Positions 12,677 to 24,264 of a stretch of DNA of 64,000 nt are shown piece by piece. Numbering within the stretch: position 1 is the stretch's first letter; each line of letters opens with the position of its first letter. Source of the stretch: Octopus vulgaris (lineage: Eukaryota); NCBI GenBank assembly GCA_951406725.2, contig OX597830.1:65782001-65846000 (forward strand), read 5' to 3'. The translations under genes were made by a program, and so were the position numbers. The notes under the pieces are model-generated. The model was not told the origin of the DNA. It did not search any database and was given only the letters and a program-made list of their open reading frames with translations.

Positions 12677-13417
12677 GGTGAAGTCTGGGAGTTATTTTTT
12701 TATGTGTGTCTTTATATATGTGTTGGGGAGATATGGAAAGTTGATACATCTTTAATTTCTTTTCTAAAGGGAGTTATTGTTTTTTAGCCCCAAGTCAACA
12801 TTGATCCAAGCTGTGGCCATCTCATCTTTTCTATATCCATCTCGTCACCTGGACCTCCTCGAATAGGTTCAGAAACAAGTCTGTAATTTGATTGGTTCCC
12901 CCCTCTTCCTCTCTTAGTCTGTAATTTGATTGGTCCCTTGTCACAGTGACATGACAACTTAGTCTTTTCTATCTCTCCTACCACAGGATGTGCTCAGATG
13001 AATTTTCTTAGTCCTAGATCACATTGTGCCATATCACCTGACTCGTAACTCACAGCATCTTCATTCAAATTCTGTGATGCTTCCACGAATAAGTAAGTCT
13101 TTCTATAGTTGAAGCTTTTATCCTCGAACTACCAGAATTTGGAACTCTATTCCATCTCATTTTCTCCCTCCTTAGTCCCTTACACTAAGTGGCTTTCCGC
13201 CTTGTTTGGGACTTTGTAAGAATAAAAGAAAAACAGAATATCTCTGATTGCAATTATCAAAATTGATATCTTCTGAGAGAGAGAGACAGAGAGAGGGTGA
13301 TAGGGCAGTAGAATCCTTTTCATATAAATGAACCCCTTTTCATATAAATGAATTTTTTCATGATCCCCAGGCCTGTTTACTCATTAAGCTAATTTTATTA
13401 ACAAACAAGTTTATATT

Positions 13418-14590
13418 CTATTTGAGAGATTGGATCAAGTTCTGTTATGGAGTTGATATTATGTTTTGTGCCTTATTAATATCTCTGGGTATTGAACCAC
13501 ATGTAAAATGTAAATATAATCAAACCTGTTTAGCAGGGATCATGTGTTTGGCCTCAGAGCATGCTCATATTTTCAAAGACAAACAAAAGATGAATTTAAT
13601 ACGAGGGAAATACAATTCAACTAATGTTTTGAAAAGCCTTTTGCAGAAGATGCAGATGAGAGAGCTTTTTCAAATAAAGCTGTAACTGAACCTGATCAAG
13701 AAACTGCTAAAAGGTCATTGATAAAACCCTCAAAACTTGGCATTAAAACTGATTCATACAATGTTGAACAATTCCTTAAATTCATTCCAAATGAGACAAA
13801 AGAATAGGGTGAAGTCTGGGGGTTATTCTTGTTTTATGTGTGTGTATGTATATATGTGTTGGGAAGATATGGACAGTTTATTCATCTTTTGATTTCTTTT
13901 CCAAAGGGAGTTATTGTTTTTTAGCCCCAAGTCAACATTGATCCAAGCTGTGGCCATCTCATCTTTTCTATATCCTTCTTGTCACTTAGATCTCCTCGAA
14001 TGGGTTCAAAGCAAGTCTGTAATTTGATTGGTCTTTCTCTTTCTCTCTTTCTTATTCTGTAATTTGATTGGTCCTTTGTCACAGTGACATGACGTCTTAG
14101 TCTTTTCTATCTCTCCTACCACAGTAAGTGCTCAAATGAATTTTCTTAGTTCTAGAACACCTTATGCCATCTCTCCTGACTCATAACTCAGTGTCTCCAT
14201 CCAAATGCTGTCGTGCTTCCGCAAATAAGGAAGTCTTTCTACAGTTGTGGCTTTTTCCCTTGAAAAGCCAGAATTTGGAGCTCTCTTCCATCTCATTTTC
14301 TCCCTTCTTGTGACCTGAACTCTTTCAAGTCTAAACTAAATTCATTCTTTGCGTCTTAATTACTCCTTCGTAGTCCCTTACACTAAGTGGCTTTTCACCT
14401 TGTTTGGGACTTTATAAAAATAAAAGAGAAACTGAATAATCCTGATTATATTATCCAATGTGACATCTTCTGAGAGAGAGAGAGTAGGGCAGTAGATCCC
14501 TTTTCATATAAATGAATCCCTTTTCCATAAATGAATTTTCTCGCAATCCCTGTGCCTATTTACACAATAAGCTGATTTTATTAACAAACA
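13418..14590 (+). pseudogene. Tandem remnant of the CARNS1-like 3' end (last ~135 codons plus 3' flank), frameshifted
   Basis: Direct repeat of about 12268-13417 (offset ~1150 bp). Encodes LRDWIKFCYGVDIMFCALLISLGIEPHVKCKY..., with deletions and frameshifts after ~13605, and has no upstream exons. Confidence 0.85.
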
Positions 14591-15146
14591 TCAAACTTAC
14601 TTTGGACAGCTAAAGAATACCTAAGCTGAGATGTAAAACAGAAACCACATTTTCCCACATTCACAAAGAAGTTCTCGGCCTATTGTTTTAGCCTGCCTGC
14701 ACCGAGTAATTAACGAGAAAAAGTATATTTGTTAAAGATTGTAACAACTTGCATTATAATCATCTTCAACATTGTAACAACATAATAATCAATCTTAATA
14801 AATGACCTTATTAATAATCAATTAAATAATTGTTCCTCATCGTTTTTTGTTATAATTGATCTAAACTCTTTACAAACACTTCTCACATTTTCAACTCTCA
14901 CCTGGAAAATATATGTAACTATTGCCATAGATCTAACACAATGTCAAGTACTTCTAAGAATGAAATGAAATTGTGTTGCTCACACAAAGGACAAGAAATT
15001 ATCTGCATAGCAACACTTTCTGTTCATAGACAATTGGGTACAAAGTCAATATTTGAAGTCAGATGAATGCAGATAAATGATCCTAACCCACACTTGCGGG
15101 CACACATTTTACTTAAGAAGATTACTTGAGTATAGTAACCCTAGTA

Positions 15147-15536
15147 GTGGAGGCGCAATGGCCCAGTGGTTAGGGCAGCGGACTCGCGGTCATAGGATCA
15201 CGGTTTCGATTCCCAGACCGGGCATTGTGAGTGTTTATTGAGCGAAAACACCTAAAAAAAGCTACACGAGGCTCCGGCAGGGGATGGTGGTGATCCCTGC
15301 TGTACTCTTTCACCACAACTTTCTCTCACTCTTACTTCCTGTTTCTGTTGTACCTGTATTTCAAAGGGGCTGACCTTGTCACTCTCTGTGTCATGCTGAA
15401 TATCCCCGAGAACTACGTTAAGGGTGCACGTGTCTGTGGAGTGCTCAGCCACTTACACGTTAATTTCACGAGCAGGCTGTTCCGTTGATTCGGATCAACC
15501 GGAACCCTCGTCGTCGTAACCGACGGAGTGCTTCAA
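15147..15536 (+). mobile_element. Full-length tRNA-headed SINE (family A) with TSD
   Basis: A/B-box head; TSD AACCCTAGTA at 15137-15146 and 15537-15546. Confidence 0.85.
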
Positions 15537-15868
15537 AACCCTAGTATATCACTGGTACTTATTTTATCGCTTCCCAGAAGTGTCAAATGTAAAATCGATC
15601 CCATCACGATTTGAATGCAGAATGTACAGAGATGATATAGAAAAATACCAAGAGATGATACTGTTATGACTGTTTCAAATGCACTAATGTCTAATGATAT
15701 GAAGCCTTTTAGAGCCAACAACTGCTGGTTTTGAGAATGTTCCAGATTTGGAGATTTTCCCCACTGGAAGCTTTATATTTCCTGAAAATTATGCTATGAA
15801 GAGCTAACAGCAAATGTTTTGAAATTTAGGATGAAAAGTTTTTCTTATTCAGAAAGAAAATTCATTAA

Positions 15869-16089
15869 CCCTTTCATTACTAACCTGGCTGAAACTGCCT
15901 CTGGCTCTGTAGTACTAATGTCTTGTTTTCATAAGTTTTGAATTAAAACCTTCCATCGAATCTTAGTCACAATTAATGTTCCTAACATTAGCTTAATGAT
16001 AACTAAGTTACTATACTAAATTCTTTGTAATATTTAAAGTAATTGAAAGAAACACAAAGCGTCTCAGAATAAATACAGTAATGAAAAGG
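15869..16089. mobile_element. piggyBac-type MITE
   Basis: TTAA|ccctttcattac ... gtaatgaaaagg|TCAA. Same family, inverted, as 35763-35982 and 38594-38815. Confidence 0.75.
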
Positions 16090-16255
16090 TCAATAGTATA
16101 TGTGGTACATTTAAACAGTAAAAATAAACATTAGCAGCATGATGCATGAGATTCTAGTTTATATTTCTGAAATTCTGCATTTGTATTGAATCATTTTTTC
16201 TGTTCTTTCAATGAATGTTACTTAATTACTTTAAAACACACATAAATAGATTATA

Positions 16256-16415
16256 TGGAGTGGCTGTGTGGTAAGTAGCTTACTAACCAACCACATGGTT
16301 CCGGGTTCAGTCCCACTGTGTGGCATCTTGGGAAAGTGTCTTCTGCTATAGCCCCGGGCCGACCAATGCTTTGTGAGTGGATTTGGTAGACGGAAACTGA
16401 AAGAAGCCTGTCGTA

Positions 16416-16474
<59 letters not shown>

Positions 16475-16675
16475 GTGTCTGTGTTTGTCCCCCTAGCATT
16501 GCTTGACAACCGATGCTGGTGTGTTTACGTCCCCGTCACTTAGCGGTTCAGCAAAAAGAGATCGATAGAATAAGTACTGGGCTTACAAAGAATAAGTACC
16601 GGGGTCGATTTGCTTGACTAAAGGCGGTGCTCCAGCATGGCCGCAGTCAAATGACTGAAACAAGTACAAGAAAGA
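16256..16675 (+). mobile_element. SINE family C with internal (TA)n
   Basis: ggagtggctgtgtggtaagtagctt...gggttcagtcccactg...ttgtgagtggatttggtagacggaaactgaaagaagcc. Many further copies, e.g. near 29590-29925, 51170-51335, 51670-51880, 53270-53550 and 57815-57970. Confidence 0.75.
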
Positions 16676-17216
16676 ATATAAAAGGCAGGATGTGTGTGTG
16701 TGTGTGTGTGTACGTGAATGTACTTTATGTACGTCCACAAATTAGGATGCACATCACTCCAAATTTAGGAGGACATTGGTCACGACAATGGCTGTGCTTT
16801 TGTCAACTTATTTTTTCCGAGGCACCCCCAGATAGTGGTAAAAATAGCTTTTCAACCATAACTTTTGCCAATTTTCATGTCAGTGAAATCTGTAAGTTTG
16901 CTAACATGAGTTAAGTCCCCTGTCTTATAGATTAATTCACCCTACTACAATGCCTCTGAAAAAAATTAGATTTGGACTACCTAAGCAATCTCAGTGTAAG
17001 AAAAGAGAAAGAGCTGAAGAGACTGACTATCAGCAGACCCATTAGTAAAATATCATAACTTTTTGGGCTGAAACCTGGCAATAAGATCTTGCAGATATTC
17101 AGTTACAAAACATTCAGTAATATTGAAGCAATAATTTTCATAAATCAGGGTATAATTTTGAAGGCACTTTCTGAACCCAGTCAACAACGGGTATTTCTGC
17201 TAGTATATATATAGCA

Positions 17217-17263
17217 AAAACTGTCCGATGAACGGCAACGGGAAACTCAGAGTAACAGGTTTT
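17217..17263 (+). ncRNA. Minimal type I hammerhead ribozyme motif (PLE type)
   Basis: aaaactgt CCGATGA a-cg-gcaa-cg-g GAA actc-a-gagt A acaggtttt. GUA cleavage triplet; U4->C deviation. Confidence 0.6.
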
Positions 17264-17363
17264 GTTGAATTTTCTGCTGCTTTAAATAAAGCATATGACT
17301 CTACCACTGGTATTTGAGTACTCTTTTTTCCACCTTGTTTCACATTTATGTATTTACTCCAGG

Positions 17364-17399
<36 letters not shown>

Positions 17400-17974
17400 C
17401 AGCAGCAGCATTAAACACCTGTTTTCCATACTGGCATGAATTGGATGATTTGACTGAAAACTGGTAAGCTGGAGAGCAGAACCAGGTTCCACTCTGATAT
17501 GGCATGGTTTCTACAGCTGGGTGCCCTTCCTAATGCCAACCACTCCAAAGAGTGTAGTGGGTGCCAGGATCAATATAATCGACAATATCACCCACAAATC
17601 TGATGCCTAAAAATTCCTATTCTTTTATTCTTTTACTTGTTTCAGTCATTAGTCTGTGGCCATGCTGGGGCACTAACTTGAAGAATTTTAATCAAACAAA
17701 TTGACAGCAGTACTTATTTTTCTTTTAAGCCTGGTACTTATTTTATCAGTTTCTTTTACTGAACTGCTAAGTTATAGATACTGATGTTCCTTTCTGATAA
17801 AAGGAGCTGTCCAAAACATTAGACTTCTTCCCTGCCTAAAATTTATTCTGCACTTTGAATTATACACACACACACAAACATGCGTACATATTTATGCGTG
17901 CTTATATACATGCATTGGAGGGATTCATGCTTTTGTTTTGTTTAAACTGTTGCAGATCAACAACTGCAAGAAGG

Positions 17975-18015
<41 letters not shown>

Positions 18016-18364
18016 TACACACTCACACAATGAGCTTCTTTTAGTTTCCACCAATCAAATCTACTCACAAGGCTTTGGTCATTTTGAGGCTACAGTTTGA
18101 GGCTATAGTAGAACACACTTGCCCAAAGACCACGCAATAGGAATTGAACCTGAAACCATGTGATCGGGAAGCAAACTGAATGAAACAGCCATGCCTATGC
18201 TGCTAATGATTCTGCCACCTTGCCACCTCACCATATTTTGATATTGGTTTCAAATTTTAGTTTCAAAGCCAGTAATTTTAATTCACTTACCTTCTTCTCC
18301 AAACCTGCTGGTCTTGTGCCAAAATTTGAAACCATTATTAAAATAAGGCTTTAGATAAAGATTG

Positions 18365-18699
18365 CTCTTAAATTTTGAAATGGTTTATTATCAAATAAAT
18401 TTGGTTAATGCGTTAAGAAATCGAGTGCTAATAATTTAAATGTGTAACAGCTGTGTAATGAATGTTGAATGTCTTCATTAATAAAGAAAATATTTTCAAC
18501 TATGTTGAAATAACATGAGTAGGAAAACGGCAATTTTCAACTGATATTTGGTTTTTACTTGGTAGAGCTTCACTATCATCAACCTCATCACACCACCATT
18601 AGATATCCTTTTTTTTTTATACAATAACTGGAAGTCATTGTATAGAGTGTATTAAACACATGAAGTTGGAAACATCGAAATTATGTTGAGAAATACAAC
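18365..18699 (-). other. Probable non-coding terminal (3' UTR) exon of the minus-strand gene
   Basis: Strong acceptor tttgttttttttttgtttatttcag| opens the exon at 18699, non-repetitive sequence follows, and AATAAA lies at 18389-18384. A donor-like TAG|gtttgt directly follows the stop at 26467. The 3' end is approximate. Confidence 0.5.
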
Positions 18700-18953
18700 C
18701 TGAAATAAACAAAAAAAAAAACAAAACAAAAAATAATCATATAAACAGTTTTGGAAACAAAATAAAAACAAAAATCATTATCATTGTCATCATCATCATC
18801 ATCTCTGTCATCGTCATCATCATCATCATCATCATTGTCATCATTATTGTTGTTAGTCTGATATGTATCCATGCATACATACATACATACATTTATACAT
18901 ACATACATACATACATTTATACATACATACATACATACATACATTTATACATA

Positions 18954-19332
18954 CACTTGCATCAGAAATTAATTAGCACTTCTCAAATTTCTACATTAAA
19001 TAGGTTAAATCAATTAACCTATGAGCTGTTCAAAACGTCTTACGCGATGAGAAAACTTAGTATGGTGTGATTTCGGTCCTTGCGAGGCGCTACCTATATC
19101 TATTAACAAAGGAAGATTTGTCTGCATCCGCACTCCAAGTTGTTGTTGCACTGCTATGTCAACATCATAAGGGTGTAGACTCTCAAACTGCTCTGCAAAC
19201 AAAGTTACGTCATCGTTCTGCGCAACAGTGAACTCGCAACAAAGCAATAGTTCGAGATATGGCCACTAGGTGACAGCACATACCTTGAGTGAAGAGCAAA
19301 TAAAGGGTGCTAATTAATTTCTGACGGTAGTG
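18954..19332. mobile_element. Tc1/mariner-type MITE in a (TACA)n tract
   Basis: TIRs cacttgcatcagaaattaattagcac / gtgctaattaatttctgacggtagtg, flanked by TA. Confidence 0.8.
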
Positions 19333-19460
19333 TACATACATACATACATACATTTATACATATGTACATACACACATACATACATACATACATTTATACA
19401 TACATACATTTATACATACATACATACATACATACATACATACATACATACATACATACA

Positions 19461-19495
<35 letters not shown>

Positions 19496-19830
19496 TGCTA
19501 GGCCCACATATAACATCCAAAGGTACATTATTTTTTCTATGATGAAATTAATCTCATGTCACATAAATGTAAATTTAATGCACAAATTTGTAATTAAATT
19601 ATTAGGTATTAATTGAAACAGATTTAAGAAGCCAAGATGACCAATTTGTTAATAATAAACAATTATTAACTTACTTATCTCCATTTCCTTTTCTTCTTTC
19701 AGCTGGATATAAACTAATATGCTTAATATATACCTATTGTTTTAAAGGAATTTCATTCCCCAACAATACTAGGTATTGAACCAGTATTTCCTTGGATGCA
19801 ACCATCCCTTCACACGAGTAACATATCCTC

Positions 19831-20320
<490 letters not shown>

Positions 20321-20322
<2 letters not shown>

Positions 20323-21372
20323 AGTCAAAGTCAGCAGTGGTGTCCCACAAGGCACTGTGTTGGGCCCACTTCTCTTCATCATCTACATAAATGATATTAC
20401 TGACACCATCAAACACAGCAACATCAGAACCTTCGCTGATGATTCCAAGCTCCAGAAGGTCATCAATGGCGTGGATGACCGAATAAACCTTCAGTCAGAC
20501 CTACTGGCTGTTGTCCAATGGGCGTTGCTAAATGAAGAAAATAACATGGAAGGGAGTGAAACTCCCATACTCTCTTCCTTCTGGAGAAATTCTCATGGCA
20601 TCCAACAACATCAGAGACCTGGGAGTAACAGTGGACAACAACATAAGCTGGGCTACACATATAAGCAGCAAAGTTGACATGGCCCGCAGAATGTGTTCCT
20701 GGATTCTCAGAACCTTCCAGTCGAGAGATTCCCACGCTATTTTCCTTCTCTTCTCCACTTTTGCCCGACCCCACCTTGAATACTGCTGTCCACTGTGGTC
20801 TCCCTACACAAAACAAAATATTATGAGAATTGAAGCTCCCCAAAGGTCAATCACAAAAAAGATAGATGGCATGTCAGACCTTGACTACTGGGGTAGACTA
20901 GAGAAGCTGAAATTGTATTCACTCCAACGACGCCGTGAACGCTACATTATCTGTATGATGTGGAAAATATTCCATCAGCACTGTCCGAATGATGTTGGCA
21001 TCACCTTCAAAATGCATCCAAGGCTTGGACCACGTGCCATCCGTCCACAACAAAAATCTAAATCGCATCACATAACGACAATACGGCACAACTATTTCAC
21101 CTCAATTGGACCCGCTCTCTTCAATATTACACCAGGACACGTCAAAAAAGAAACTGACCACACAAAATTCAAGAAGTCTTTGGACAAATTCCTTCAAACA
21201 GTACTGGACAAACCACCCACACCCGGATATGTCTCCGCAAACAATAACTCTCTGCTCGAATGGGCCTTGGTGCCCAAATCCTGAACTGAAAGACTTCGCC
21301 AGGTGGTGCTATTAAGTTAGACATGGCCTGGGCCAATACTGGCCAAAAACCTTTCTAAGTTATTCTAAGTTA
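20321..21372 (+). mobile_element. 5'-truncated CR1/L2-group LINE (RT domain plus 3' end)
   Basis: [21 protein letters not shown]...FADDSKL; RDLGVTVD, RPHLEYCCPLWSPY, LYSLQRRRERY, KFKKSLDKFL; ctaagt tail repeats; indel near 20525. Confidence 0.9.
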
Positions 21373-21386
21373 TATATATATATATA

Positions 21387-23030
21387 CTAGCTTAAGGTGA
21401 CCCGCTCTACATGCGGGTAAGAGTGTGGTTCTTACTTTCTGTTTTTTATCACCGCATTCTCCCTCTGTTTCTCTCTCCTTTCTCTCTCACTTTCCCACTC
21501 TCTTACTCTTCCTTTCTCTCGGACTCTCCCTCGCTTTCTCTTACTCTCTATCTTTATCTATCTCTCTCCCATTTATAAATAACAAAAGATCTTGAGTAAG
21601 TTGAGAAAGTAAATTATTTTGAAACATCAATCATAAATATCAGGCAGTGACAACGGAAAGGTCTGCTTCAAGGCAGACAGCAAAACACTAACATTTAAAA
21701 GGGACAGACGAACTTGCGAGCTGAATAAAGATTAAAAATGGAAACCAAAGTTTGAAGGGATAGAATCTGAGGATAGTAGAGTCACCATGGCTGGCATTTG
21801 TTAACGATGGACAGCAACGTAGTGGCAGTTTAACGGCTGGCGTAAAATTTTGAACTTGTTGTAAAAGAAAATTCCTAAACACCAAGTTTTGAAGTGATTC
21901 TTTCTCACGACAGTAGACTCACCATGGCAAGCATTCAAAACTTCTTCATCATCGACAACACATTAACGATTTAAAGGCTAGCACAAATTTTTTAGCTTGA
22001 TGTAACAGAGAATTCCTAAACACCCGCTCCAGTAAATTTTAATCACTTTCCAGCCCCATTTAGACCCCTTTTCACATTTTGGTTAATATAACCCGATTTC
22101 ATTTGGGTCTACTCGGGCCACATTTTATAAGATGAGGAATTTTGTCCTAGAGGTCACATGCATTATATACCTATATGTGTGTGTGTGTGTGTATGTGTAC
22201 GCATTATATATACAAATGTATACAAATTATATATATATAAATTAAATTAGAGATAAAACCACTATTAGGCAAATTAAACAGTGAAAAACATAACCCAAAA
22301 CATAAAAATAAAAATATAATGTACAAAATATATAAAATATAAAATTTAAAAATTTAAATTTAAAATTAAAATTATTAATTTACATTTATAATTTTTTAAA
22401 AATATATGTAACTATCAAAAAGTATTAAAAAGTTTAATATACATAAATACAGATATATACACTTTGTATATATACATTATATATACATATTTATATATAG
22501 AACACACGCACACATATATAAATGAACCCAATAAATATCTGATTCGTAATATTTGTTCTCATGATCGTGTGGTGGTGGTTGTGGCGATGATAATTCTCTC
22601 TATGAATGCAGACAGACGTAGAGAGAGAGAGTGTGTGAAAGCGCTGTCGAAGGCGGGGAGGAGGGGGAGATTGAGGACGCCGTGACACGACGTCATAAAG
22701 AGAAAGAGAAGGTAAGGGAGTTAGACGCCGTGAAACAACGTTATATAGAGAAAGTGATGGGAAGGGATGAAAGAGAATGAGTGACGGAGGAAGACAGATA
22801 CATAAAAGAATAAGAGTCGACTTGACAAAGTGCGTTTTTGGCCCTAGCAATGACACCTCTTAAGATGGGGATTTCTAACCTAGCCCACTAACATCCTCAC
22901 CTCATTTTACATGTCCCTGTAAATTTTGGAGTCAATCCGACGGGATCTAGTGGCCTTTAACCCATTCTCAATGCCAAAACCAGACAAACAAACAAACTTT
23001 TCGCATTTCAGATTTATAATATAGAGAAGA
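21387..23030 (-). mobile_element. Non-autonomous Helitron
   Basis: Minus strand A|TCTTCTCTATATTATA ... hairpin acccgc/gcgggt ... CTAG|T: AT target site, no TSD. Confidence 0.7.
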
Positions 23031-23032
23031 TA

Positions 23033-23074
<42 letters not shown>

Positions 23075-23648
23075 CACACACATATATATATATATACACA
23101 GGGTGTTCAGGCTAAATTTGACAGTTTTCATAAGAGGAAAGATAACACAATATCCCATTAAAAAATGAAAATATTTTAAAGAAATCAAAAAATATCAACT
23201 AGATTATGGCTGGGAGATAACAGTTTACTCAAAGTGGCTGCCCTCATCTTTCACCATGGCCTCAAGACAGCTCAGGAACCTAGCACATGTGTTCCTCACT
23301 TTATCTCTAGAAAGATCATCACACACCCCTTGATCTTGGTCACCAGTTCAGCCTTTGTATTTCAGGCAGAATGATGGGTATCTTTTTCAACTGCACTCTA
23401 CACATAGTAATCCATGGGATTACAATAAGCGGGGATTAGAAGGCCAGAAATTGGCGTTGGTGAATTCATAGAAATTCTCCAACAACAACTTCTGACTCTT
23501 TCTGCAGGTATAGCAAGGAACTGAATCCTGCTGCTACATATATGGTCTTTCAGCAGCAATCCTTTCCAACCAGGGATTGACTACAATCTCCAGCAGCTTC
23601 ACATAATCATCTGAATAGAGCTTATTGCATTGTTCAACGATGTAGGGT

Positions 23649-23939
23649 TGTTGTTTTGTTCCTTCTTGAGCCATGCCTGGCTCATAAGAGCCGGTTTTCC
23701 AGGTGTCTTGGCGTATAGGTTTCCCACCTGGACAGGATGCTGGTCCGTCGCAGGTGAGCTGCAAGATGCAGGAGGAAGAAAGTTGTGGCGAAAGAGTCAG
23801 CAGAAGTTCGCCATTACCTTCTGCCGCATGGAGCTTAGGTGTTTCGCTCATAAACACACACATCGCCCGGTCTGAGATTCGAACCGGCAATCCCTCGACT
23901 GCGAGTCCGCTGCTTTAACCACTAGGCCATGTGCCTCCA
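23649..23939 (-). mobile_element. SINE inserted into a maT transposase relic
   Basis: TSD CAACGATGTAGGGT at 23635-23648 and 23940-23953; tRNA-like head at the right end. Confidence 0.8.
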
Positions 23940-24264
23940 CAACGATGTAGGGTGGCATGACATCACCCTCACTGAAGGCACATGCCTCCTGTGTCCCTTC
24001 CTGCTGGCCACAGCTTCGTAGTCTCCATTGCAGCTGTCCATGTCATGTCTTTCAGCTTTTGTAGTGTTCACAGAGCAACGAGTAGCAGTCATGATGTTGA
24101 CATTTTAAGAGGCAGCACAAATCCTCAGGATGAAGGATGAAGGTAACTCTTTCCCAACATTCGGATGACTTCCAACCTTTCCGGTCATCCAACTTTTTTC
24201 TCAATTAGCAACTTTATGTGCTTCAATGCCATTGGTTGTTCACCGATGCATCAAGCTGTTTCTG

